From NCBI GenBank assembly GCA_001938485.1, contig MQRK01246750.1, forward strand, positions 1 through 64,000: a stretch of DNA of 64,000 nt, given 5' to 3'. Below, in pieces: positions 13,907 to 24,888 of the stretch. Numbering within the stretch: position 1 is the stretch's first letter; each line of letters begins with the position of its first letter. Below the pieces are notes generated by a model that was given only the letters and a program-made list of their open reading frames with translations, was not told where the DNA came from and did no database searches. This DNA comes from Girardia tigrina (taxonomy: Eukaryota). Made by a program: the position numbers and the translations under genes.

Positions 13907-14443
13907 CTATGCACTGTTTAGCTCCAAATCATCAATTGTGGTCCTTAAGAGGACCGTATTTCTTTCGCAATTATTAGAAGCACATGAGGAACCACCGATG
14001 AAATAATCTGATTGAAACAATTTCCCAAGATTCGAATTCAGTATGTAATCGAAAGTGGTACTATTCAATTCAACCATGACGCTGATCAACACACACTTTC
14101 CATGAATTCCAGAAGTAAAGTAAACATAAATTCTCTGTAATTGCAAATCACTGTCGCCTTCGTAAACACCAGTCGTCGGTTTGATTCCGTGTTCATTGGA
14201 GATTATTTTCCAAAACTTCTTTCCAATACTGTTTCCACAACTTTGAAATATTCTCATTAATTCATACCATTGATCATGAATATCTTCACAAATTTTAGTA
14301 GGTGCTGAAATCTCGTCAGTTTCTTTGATATGCAATCTCTGATCGGGAATCCTTACATGATTATCTTCAAATGTCCTTATAAAATAATCTACATTAATTA
14401 TATAGTCAAAGGACAAAGTTATCTGTTCTTTTAAATTAGACAT
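13907..14443 (-). pseudogene. Divergent truncated beta-tubulin-like ORF with about 60-aa N-terminal extension (intronic)
   Basis: CGNSIGKKFWKIISNEHGIKPTTGVYEGDSDLQLQRIYVY...FQSDYFIGGSSCASNN aligns with beta-tubulin residues about 12-100. Homology stops near 13968, before the GGGTGSG motif. Confidence 0.8.
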
Positions 14444-14583
14444 TCAATTTCAGTTAATGAATATTTTTCTTTAATGAAAAGAAATTGATATTGCCAGCAA
14501 TAATTTTATTCGATATCAAAATCATATAATAATAATTCGATTAAGCAAACGAATTCCAGTCAACAATTTTTAAACTTATTACT

Positions 14584-14624
<41 letters not shown>

Positions 14625-14627
<3 letters not shown>

Positions 14628-15955
14628 TGCGTTCCAAAAGTCTGTTCGCACCCATTGAAATTTTGATTTATGTTATTTATTAAATTTTTTAATATGTTTA
14701 AATGCTTTAATTTAAATAATTTTAGTAAATTTAAAATTGAAATATCAAGACCATCTTTTTTTAAGATGAATTAATTAAATGTCTATCTTTTAGATTCAAT
14801 GACAACTCGATATATAGATATAAGGTTTATGATTATTATTGTATAATTAATGAACGAGGGTCATTCAACGGGTCGGATACAAGAAATTATGAATGTTAGA
14901 CATGGTATTATTGTTTCAAAGCGGGGCATTCAAAAAATTGTACATAAGTTCAAGGCATTAGGTACATATGAAGATAAAAAACGGAGTGGACGACCTTCAA
15001 AATTACCAAAACGTTCTGAAAGAATTATTCGCCGTATATGCTTGAAAAATAGGCGCATGTCGATATGTAAAATAACAGGAGCTTTCAATGCAGCTGGAAT
15101 GATACATGCATCACGAAGTACAGTGAATAGAATTTTGATAAAGTACAGCTTAAAAAGTTATTATGATGTTTGCAAGCCTTTATTGTATGGAAAGCAACGA
15201 AAAAGAAGAGTTGAATGGCCTCGGGATAAACAAAATTGGGACATTGATAAGTGGTCGAATGTAGTTTTTAGCGATGAATCTATGTTCCGCACATATAGCC
15301 ACACTCGTAGCGAAATCGTTAGAAGGTTTGACAATGAAAGGCTTAGTCACATTTGTACTAAGAATGTCCTCCAACGCGGTGCCCAAGTTCATGTATGGGG
15401 ATGTTTCTCCAGATTTGGTGTTGGTATCTTAAAACGGATAAACGGAAATTTAAATTCGAAGAACTATCAAGACCTAATTGTCAATAACATAGACATTACA
15501 GGACAATGCTGGGTATTCCCTCTTCCAAATTTTATATTTCAGCAAGACAATGCACCTTGCCATCGATCAGCATCAACAGTGTCTTTTTTGAAAACAAAGA
15601 AGATAAATATTCTTGATTGGTCTGCCAACTCACCAGATGTAAACCCAATTGAGAATTCGTGGGGTATTATAAAGAGAAAAATAAATAATATGGATACTTT
15701 GAATTCAGAGAAAATGTGGATAGAAATACAAAAGTTATGGTACAACATACCAAGTTCTTTATGTCGTCGACTTGTCGATNNNNNNNNNNNNNNNNNNNNN
15801 NNNNNNNNNNNNNNNNNNNNNNNNNNNNNNNNNNNNNNAAAATAACATTTTTATTTGTAAATATAATATTTACTTCCACTTCATCGTCTTTTTACTTAGG
15901 AAATTTGTATAAGTGATGATTTTTATGGGTGCGAACAGACTTTTGGAACGCACTG
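14625..15955 (+). mobile_element. Tc1-family DD34E transposon
   Basis: Perfect 31-bp TIR cagtgcgttccaaaagtctgttcgcacccat, TA target, adjacent to a (TA)n tract. Confidence 0.96.
14850..15845 (+). CDS. Tc1 transposase (open up to an N gap; true stop uncertain)
   Basis: RSGRP linker; catalytic FSDES / FQQDNAPCH / SPDVNPIEN triad. Confidence 0.9.
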   Translation: MNEGHSTGRIQEIMNVRHGIIVSKRGIQKIVHKFKALGTYEDKKRSGRPSKLPKRSERIIRRICLKNRRMSICKITGAFNAAGMIHASRSTVNRILIKYSLKSYYDVCKPLLYGKQRKRRVEWPRDKQNWDIDKWSNVVFSDESMFRTYSHTRSEIVRRFDNERLSHICTKNVLQRGAQVHVWGCFSRFGVGILKRINGNLNSKNYQDLIVNNIDITGQCWVFPLPNFIFQQDNAPCHRSASTVSFLKTKKINILDWSANSPDVNPIENSWGIIKRKINNMDTLNSEKMWIEIQKLWYNIPSSLCRRLVDXXXXXXXXXXXXXXXXXXXXK

Positions 15956-17865
15956 TAAGTATTATGTATGCTCACATAATATCCTTAAATAGTCTCACTA
16001 TATTAATTCTTTACTTAAAATAGACAAAATATACGTTTATAAGGTTGTATTAAAAAATTGGGTTGAAAAACTGTTTTTGGTAATAATTTTTACTAAAAAT
16101 CGCAAAAAAGTGCATTTTAATAAGACCTTTTTCCAGCACTATATATATGTTTCTTCAAATAACTATTCAAGCAAACTCAAAATTTATCATATTGTTATAT
16201 TTAAAAAATTAAATAAATTACAGTTTATCGTTTCTTCGTAAAGAATATCAATTTATTTATAGCAAAATAGCAACTGTTTTAGCAAAAGTTACTATGAAAT
16301 TCTTGAAAATTATTTATTTATTTATTAAATAGATGAGATTTTTATAACAAATTTTAGATTTAAAAACAATTTTAATAAGAAAAATTATTACTATTATGGA
16401 CAATCATTTTAAACTGACGAAATTTATAATTTAATAATATCTTTTATGTCCATCAACTCAAAAATATAATTTATTTTTCCCTGTTTTTTTAGATTATTAA
16501 AATTTTGTTTCGGATTTCAATCTATTCAATGAAAATTGAGAAAATTTTAATCAGTTAAAACAAAATATTAAAACTATTTTCGTATACAACAAAAATAAGT
16601 ACAATTATAATTATATTTTTAATATATGATTTGTTCTCCTCATTATTTTTTATTTTATATTTTATTTATAAAAAAAGTTAAAATAAATATTTATAATATT
16701 ATTGGGTTGGCAAAAATGTATTATATGATTTTTCAATAAAACATATTGGGTTAATAAATTAAAAACAATTTAATTAGCAGTATAATGATTCATTTTTATT
16801 TACAGCTGTTTGCCAATTTTTGGTAATTTTAAGTAAATTTTGTTATAAATATTGACCGATTTCCTGTTCATTACTGTTAGAAACATCACAATTTGCATGA
16901 AAACATTTATTAACAACACAAACAGACTCATCTTTACAACAATGTTTAGTAACGCCATCTTCAGTTAGCATTTTTCTTGATTGATATATATTTTCTATAT
17001 TTATTCAAATCTTGATTAATGAATTATAATAAAAAGTTGATATTTTTTAATTTCTTGAAATTGTATTGGGTAAAAATACATTCAGTAAATTTTTAAAATA
17101 AACATTAGCTTTTTTAATTATATTAAATTCAATATGTTTAATTACTTACTCAAAATTATTAATAAAACTTCAAATTGCAAAAACTTTTAATTAATTATTA
17201 TTTAAACATTAATTTCATGAAATTAATCTCATTAGATTTTAATAAATAATCAATAACATATCAATCCCAGCAGGGTAGGAGAGTGGCCAATCAAAACAGC
17301 ATAAGAACAACAAACTTACAACATTCAGAATTTCCCCCTCCCACAATTGCATCATTCATCAACAATGTTACATTTTAGATATCATACTCTTTGATTATCT
17401 AACATATAGAGCGCTGTATATTCTGTTGTACGTTCTTTTTTGATCTGCTTTCGAAGCTTTAAGGCTTTTGATGTGGCTTCTTTCTTACCGTTGCAGCGAA
17501 TGATTTTGGTTCTCCTTTTAACAATCGACGCCATCTCTTTAATTATGCTTTCTATCTGACTATTATGTTTTGATGGATTAATGGACACATTAAACAAAAG
17601 AAAAAACAAGCAAATGACAAGCGCTCTATATATACTATTGTAAAAAATTCCAGAAGCTATTTCCTAATTATTGAATTTAAACAGTTTCTAATATTTCAGA
17701 ATTCCATAGAAATTCAGTAAAATAAAATAAACTCAATATACATAAAGTGATTTGCTATTATTTTTTAAATTATTTAATTCTGTAAAACATTTAAATATTA
17801 CTAAAAATGGAATTATATATATAATGTAAACAAAGGCCATTTTTGAATATTAAATTTATTCGCAA

Positions 17866-17902
17866 TACAGACGCGTTTCACCATTTCGGCATCTTCAGTG
17901 CA
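17866..17902 (-). ncRNA. Minimal type I hammerhead ribozyme motif (GUC site)
   Basis: UGCA-CUGAAGA-(UGCC GAAAU GGUG)-(G)AAA-CGC-GUC-UGUA: conserved core boxes, stem II, palindromic ACGCGU stem III and a short stem I. Confidence 0.7.
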
Positions 17903-18271
17903 ATGAAATAAAGTGATTAATTGCTATTTATATAGTTGAAAAACTATTACATCATACGTCTCAAAGTAGAAATAGTTCGATATTAAGTCATATTAAAAGA
18001 TGTAAAGGTAATCTTAAGGATTACCATAAAGATTTTAAAGTGATTTTAAATAATTTTGACACAAATTATGAAAGGATTATTGTCGAAGCATTGTTAATAA
18101 AGCATCATAAACCATGCTTAAACGTGCAAGGTGATTCATCTAATCATATTAAAGTTTTTTAAATATCATTAAAATACTTTTTTTTTAAAAAATGAAAAAA
18201 AGCATGTTTTTGAGATGTATGATGTAATAGTTTCTGAACTATATAAATAGCAATTAATCACTTTATTTCAT

Positions 18272-18308
18272 TGCACTGAAGATGCCGAAATGGTGAAACG
18301 CGTTTGTA
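18272..18308 (+). ncRNA. Second hammerhead motif copy (GUU site)
   Basis: tgcactgaagatgccgaaatggtgaaacgcgtttgta; same as above with C changed to U at the cleavage triplet. Confidence 0.62.
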
Positions 18309-18382
18309 TTGGGAATAAATTTAATATTCAAAAATGGCCTTTCTTTTCATTATTAATTAAAATGCCATTATCAGTTCTAGAT

Positions 18383-18413
<31 letters not shown>

Positions 18414-18668
18414 TATATATATTATTAACATTATACCAATAATGTTAATTTAATAATAAATAATGTCAATAAAAAAATAAAAACTGTAATATCAATATAA
18501 TATTTTTTTTATTTATATTAAATATTTAAAACTACTGCAAAGGATAAATTTGTTATTCATTATGACATTTTTATTTATAGAGATATTATAATATTATTTT
18601 CAATTACTTTACTAATAATAATTATTACTTTCCAATATTTAAATTATGGTTCCATTAACATAATTTAC

Positions 18669-18796
18669 CTGATTTGATAGAATATAATTCAGGAAGAGAT
18701 ATGACGAAAGGAAGCTGTCAAAAGTTAACTTTTTCTCCTCATTCAGACCATTAGAATGCAATTTTATGCTTGGTTCACTGATTGAATTCGGCACAT
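18669..18796 (-). CDS. NOS1AP: Probable NOS1AP exon F (NVPNSISEPSIKLHSNGLNEEKKLTFDSFLSSYLFLNYILSNQ)
   Basis: Strong acceptor tttgtttccttcag and donor CAG|gtaaat. 128 nt, open in phase 1/0, which exactly bridges exons E and G. No recognisable homology. Confidence 0.65.
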
Positions 18797-20822
18797 CTGA
18801 AGGAAACAAAAGTTGTATTTATTCTATTTTTTTAAAAATAAGTTTAAAACGAAACATAAAAATACATTAAAACTTAATTTAATGGAAAATCTTGAGAATT
18901 AAGTAATTTATTATTAGAGACATAAGAAGACGCTCTTGATCCAAATAAGATAAATATCAAATATCCATCACATTTAATAAATATAATAATATAATACGGA
19001 ATACAAATAATAAAAATATATATGATTTTGGAGACCTTTAAGAGATAAACAGCTTTATCCTTTATAAAATTGAATTTTCTAAAAGCTAATTTTATATCAT
19101 TATTCAAACTTTGTTTTCAAATAGATTTATGTTTTGTGACAAAATTAACAATTATCAATTTAATGCATTTTAAAATTAATAATCAAACGAAAAACTAATA
19201 AAAATAAAGTTTATTTGAGTAACTTATTATTAAGTAATAATGTAAAATATTTTACTTAAATATTTTAAGGAATGAGATGATTTCAGTGTCCTATCAAACA
19301 GAAATTCACGGGATTTCAGGTCGTTTTTTACCATTGAGATTTAATATTTTAAGATTCAAGTTTTACATAAAAATGGGTTTCAATATAGTAAATTCAAAGT
19401 AACCATTGATGGAACCATATTACTTAACGATGTTGATGTCTTCACCCAAAAAGGTTGCTCTTATTCAGGTATCTGGTAACTATTTAATTTACCAAACCAT
19501 TCAGTTTACAAATAGAGCAATATTGCATCCTCGCGGGTGTTTGCAGTAGTTCATGAAAGGAATAAAAATATTAAATGTACTTTAGATATGCTCAATTATT
19601 CGTGGTTTTCAGTGAAATTAACATTTCTAGAAAGGAATCTTGATGAATGCTACCTTGTTTCCTAGCTTCTACCAACATGAATTATGAGATGATATCAATC
19701 TGGTTGGCCTGATTGTTTATTACGAAATAAAACAAGTAATGCTTCTTGACGTCTTCCTAAGGCAATTAAATATCTGTTACTGAATATCAATCTTAATTTG
19801 GATCCAGAAAGTTTTGAGAAGAATAAAATGAATGCCTTTTAGATACATTATTCTAACATAATAGAAATCAGTTTTATTATGTTAGTTTTACATCTACCAC
19901 CTAGCTAAGCGGAAGACGCAAGAACTTGGACTGTCTCATTTTTATAAAAGAAACAAAAATGTGTGTGGAAAAATATGGTTTATTTTGATTTAGTTCATGT
20001 GTTATTTCTGACATTTTAAATGGGTGAAATGAATGTCTCGGTTCTAGGGGATAGTATTCAGTCATAGATGATCTGATAACAAAAGAGATTCAGCAATGGA
20101 AGTGTCTAATCAATTCTATCATTTCACTACCATTCAGAGATGATATTTTGATATTAAATCAGGAAGACAACAAGGTAGAAATGAGATTTCTTCAAGATAC
20201 TGCTGGAGGTTGTCACACTCCAAAGAACGAAGAAAATTTTCATCATTAATATTATCAAAATGTAATAAATTAAGAGAAAAATTTTAAGGCTATTTATAAT
20301 TATCAAAACGCCTTACATTAACAAAGACTGATAACATTGTACGCAAACATCAAAATATATTTCATGATCATATTTTCCAATAAATTATTTATCTAAATAT
20401 TATAAATAATAAAAATATAATTATAGTCCTAATCACTGCGATATCATAATAATTATATATAAATTTTAAAAAAGTTACATTTAATTTGTTTATTTAATAA
20501 AAAAATTTGAAATATTTTTATTTATATTTATTTACTTAATTGTGGATATAATGTAAATTATGATGTGTTAAAGATGATATCAAATTATGTACCAAAACCT
20601 TTATTTATTCTTCTAATTATTAATTATTTGTTATTATTAGCTCTTGTGACGATCTTCGGAAGCTTTTTAATTAAAGCTAAAAAAGAAAGACATTTGAAAT
20701 TAAAAAAACTTTTAGATAAATTTATTGAGGAAATTATTAAAGTAAAGTTTAAAAAATAAAATCTGAAAATAGTTTAAATAATCTTATCAATTATCAAAAA
20801 TCTTATCAATTTAGTTTAATGG

Positions 20823-20858
<36 letters not shown>

Positions 20859-21440
20859 GTAATAATAATAAGTGAAATCATTTTATTAAAATTTTATTAA
20901 TAATTTATTTTTTTAATATTCAATTAATTTTAGTCAAATATAATTGCGACATTTTTAAAATGACGTTTCTATTGTTGCATTTATTGATAATTATTTTGAG
21001 ATGCTAAATTTTCAAAATTTTTATATTTTAATTATTTATATTAAGTTAAATTTGAAAAAGAGGAATTCACACACTGAGAAAGATACAAAACAATTATTTT
21101 CGATATAATGATAATTGGCGCATCTTTTCACTACAGGATTTAAGCAAACAATAGAGAAATTCAACTTGTCTCCATATTTAATGATAACTAAATAAAGAAC
21201 TGTTATATTAATGAGTTCTCTGTCCGAATAAATTTCCTCTGCAGTTTTATTGAAATATATTGATAAAAATATATAAATATTAAATTTTATTATAAATATT
21301 TAAAAAATAAAAAAGCTTTAAGGGAACTTTAGGAAATATTATAATGAAAATATTTAATTTTCAAATTTATTGTTTATTTTTATCCTTTCATATAGTTTTT
21401 AAAAGTTTTGTTTGTCAAATGAAATATTATTATATTAATT

Positions 21441-21500
<60 letters not shown>

Positions 21501-21782
21501 AGTGCCCTACTTACTGACACGGTGTGGTATGTATTTTTGTATTGTTGTTGTGATATATATTTTTTGTTTATTATTAGCGTCATTATTGTCATTATTTTGT
21601 CATGTTTATTATTTTTATTGTGTCATCAGTTTTATCATCTTTGTTCGACTTACGGCTTTATTAACTGAAAAGGAATGAACATGATTACCAACAATGAAAT
21701 TTAATATTAAATGACAGATTAAAAAAATCAATGCGCTATGGATTTATTTTTTAATATAATGGAATTAAAGTAAACGTTGTTA

Positions 21783-23193
21783 TTAGGTGTACAAGTATGA
21801 AATGCGGATTAAATTTTGAAAAGAAATACGTTAAAAACAAAAGAACGATAAAAAAAGCTTTATTCAAAATATGCTCAATTACTAATGATACATTCGTCCC
21901 ATCTATATCTCAAATTGTGGATACCTCGCCAGTAAAAGTCTTCCTTTTTTCCATGAACTATTCATCGACCCATTTTTGCACATTTTCGTAAGAATCAAAG
22001 CGCTGCTGAGCAAGTGCGTGACCCATCGATGCAAACAAATGGTAATCTGAAGGAGCCAAGTCTGGTGAATAAGCCGCATGAGGTAAAACTTCCTAATTAA
22101 TTTCCTTTAGTTTGGCATGTCTTCGTGATTCCCAACTTTAAGATGAAGTCAAACAAAAAATTCCTTTTAATATTTCTATAATTGGCGCATCTTTTCACTA
22201 CAGGATTTAAGCAAACAATAGAGAAATTCAACCTGTCTCCATAAAACGAACCGGTTTTGATGTATGTGACGAAGCGTTGTCATGGAGAAGAATAACCTTG
22301 TGTTGCCTTTTGAGGTATTCAGGTCTTTTAAGAAGCAGCGAACGGTTTAAATCGACCAACTGTTGTTTGTAACGTTCAGTATTCACCGTTTCACCGGGTT
22401 TTAATAGTTCATAATAAATTACACCCTTCCGGTCCCACCAAACGCAGAGCATTGTCTTTCTGCCAAAGCGATTTGGTCTGGCTGTCGATGTGGATGGCGT
22501 ACCCGGGTCTATCCATGATCTTTTTCGTTTAGGATTATCAAAATAAATCCACTTTTCGTTCCCAGTAACGATGCGATGGAAAAATGACTTCTTTTGTATC
22601 GTGCAAGCAAGATTTCACAAGTGGTTTTGCGACTCTCCATCTGCTTATCGTTCAATTGATATGGTACCCATCGGCCGATNNNNNNNNNNNNNNNNNNNNN
22701 NNNNNNNNNNNNNNNNNNNNNNNNNNNNNNNNNNNNNNNNNNNNNNNNNNNNNNNNNNNNNNNNNNNNNNNNNNNNNNNNNNNNNNNNNNNNNNNNNNNN
22801 NNNNTCGAAACCTTTTCGTGGTTTCCCATGGTCCTTATCTGCAACATCAAAGTCACCACCATGGAAGCGCCGAAACCATCGTTCACATGTATCTTGCGAT
22901 GGGGCATATTCACCATAAGCTTCGTGGAGTAATGGGTATGATTCAGCAGCAGTTTTCTTTAGATGGTAACAAAAAATTAGTACCGTCCGCGAATGCTCCC
23001 TGCTTGGCATAAATTTGGACATCTAAAACACAGAAATACAATAATTATTAAAACGCTTTATCAATTTATGAGTTACGTATGAGACACTACATAATTACTC
23101 AATATTATGACATCATTGCCTAACCATTGACCTACTTTTTGCATTGTGCACAATCCGTTTTCTGAAATCCGCATTTCATACTTGTACTCCTAA
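21783..23193 (-). mobile_element. Mos1-like (mauritiana subfamily) mariner, disrupted
   Basis: 28-bp TIR ttaggtgtacaagtatgaaatgcggatt (1 mismatch) with TA flanks. Motifs RTVLIFCYHLKKTAAES, WVPY, HDNASSH, HAAYSPDLAPSDYHLFASMGHAL; frameshifts and an insertion at about 22106-22243. Confidence 0.95.
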
Positions 23194-24249
23194 TAATAGT
23201 CGCTTAACGAGGATTATATTTTATCACTCGGGACGTTAGTCTTATGTTGTATGTATGTTTATTTATTTTCTATGTATGTTTATTCATTTTCTTTGTTGAA
23301 TTAAAGAGTTTGTCATTTTACTAATTGTTCTTTCTTTTTTTTATAATTAATTCATTTTTTTATTGTAAAAGCAGAGAATATAATATATTAATTAAACTAC
23401 TATAAAATTCGCTGCTTTTACAATATATATATATTAATATTGCGTTTCATTTAAAAAAAACATTTTATAATATTTTTACTATTTACTATTTAATATTTAA
23501 TATTTTAATATTTAATACTTAAAATATTTAAGTATCATTTTAATTAATTTTTAAAAGTTTGAATGTTATTTCAATTCTAAATAATTGTTTTTCAAACTAT
23601 TTAAATTTGATCAGCGAACTAAAAATTAACTACCCCCTCATACCTTTAAACTTGCATACATTAAAATTCTCTTATAATTAAACTTGATGAATATTTTAAT
23701 ATACAATATTTTCTCTTTTTAGAGATACTAATGTGTTGGAAGACATACTTTTATCAAACGTTATTTTCCATTTTATGTTTTGAACATTTAACACAAATCA
23801 TTTGAAAACGTATTAATATATTTTGTTGCCAAAATGTCATAGCGTTTTCAACTAAGTACAAATGAAGAATCTAGGAAACGTAGAAAATTTATAAAATTTT
23901 ATTTCAATTATATATTAGGAAATCAAATTTTTCAGACTGTTTTTTATAAAATATCAACTGATTTGATTTTAATTCAATAATTTTCTGTGTATTCAAAACT
24001 GAGAAGCAAACGGACATGTTTGTCCAAGAACGTTTCGAATGAAATACAAACCGAAAAACTTAAAAATTGCACTGGTTTAATAATCAAAATAAAGTGTTTC
24101 CTTTAGTAATTTAAAAAATGAAATTTAAAAAAATAAAAGAAAACACCAATTGATTTTTATAATTTATATTTGTGATAATAATACATTTTCTTGAAAATAA
24201 CAATTCATTTTGATATGATTGAAAATTCTGATTTGTCAAAAAAGAATTA

Positions 24250-24888
24250 TGATTAAACAACAATTTGAATAGCTCAAGACCACGAACAAAACGTGAAGAC
24301 CCCTCAAAATGATCCCACAAGCAACAATTCACCAAATGAAGGTAATGTTTTCTCTCTCGTGGTAGTTTAAAGGAATAGAGTTTTTAATACCTTCCGACAA
24401 ATGAAACCATAAATTAAGACAAATACTTCTGTCAGCTGGAGAAATTTGCTAATATTTTTAAACAGAAATGTCCTGAATTGGCAAATCATAAATGATGGTA
24501 ATTAAGCATGATAACGCATGACCGTTCAGAGTTTGACTAATCTCTTGAAACATTTATCACTGTGTGAAAATGTTTTGCCGCATCCAACATATTCTTCCAA
24601 CATATTCTTGGTCCTATTTAATTTTCATTTTCCTAAATCCATTCATAATTACTTAAACAGAAAAAATATATGCTGTAATTACGACATCAAATCGTTCTTA
24701 GATGGCTTTTTTGAAACGAAGACGGGAGTTTTTATGAATCAGCAATAATGAGGTATCGGAAAGGTTAATGAAAATGTTTTAAAATAATAGATATAATATC
24801 GCGTACTAATATTTCTACAATCATGCCAAGTTTCCGATAATAAAGTTTTTTTACAAAACGACGCTATAACTTTTTAGCCAACCCAATA
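24250..24888 (+). mobile_element. Decayed mariner 3' half
   Basis: HDNA, VLPHPTYSS remnants; terminal ttagccaacccaata resembles a mariner TIR. Confidence 0.6.

Larger units (their letters stand above)
17822..18352 (+). mobile_element. 5'-truncated Penelope-like element with inverted pseudo-LTR
   Basis: About 144-bp inverted arms (17822-17965 and 18209-18352) around a stop-terminated frame, 17965-18162, ...SHIKRC...FKVIL...ERIIVEALLIKHHKPCLNVQ..., typical of the GIY-YIG endonuclease C-terminus. Confidence 0.8.

Noticed and set aside
19300-20350. Possible heavily decayed piggyBac transposase on the minus strand
   Set aside because: Only faint motif resemblance and no termini; cannot be supported without a search.
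21380-21678. Short ORFs with HTHT/YIYI/CVCV runs
   Set aside because: Translations of (TA)n(TG)n microsatellite.
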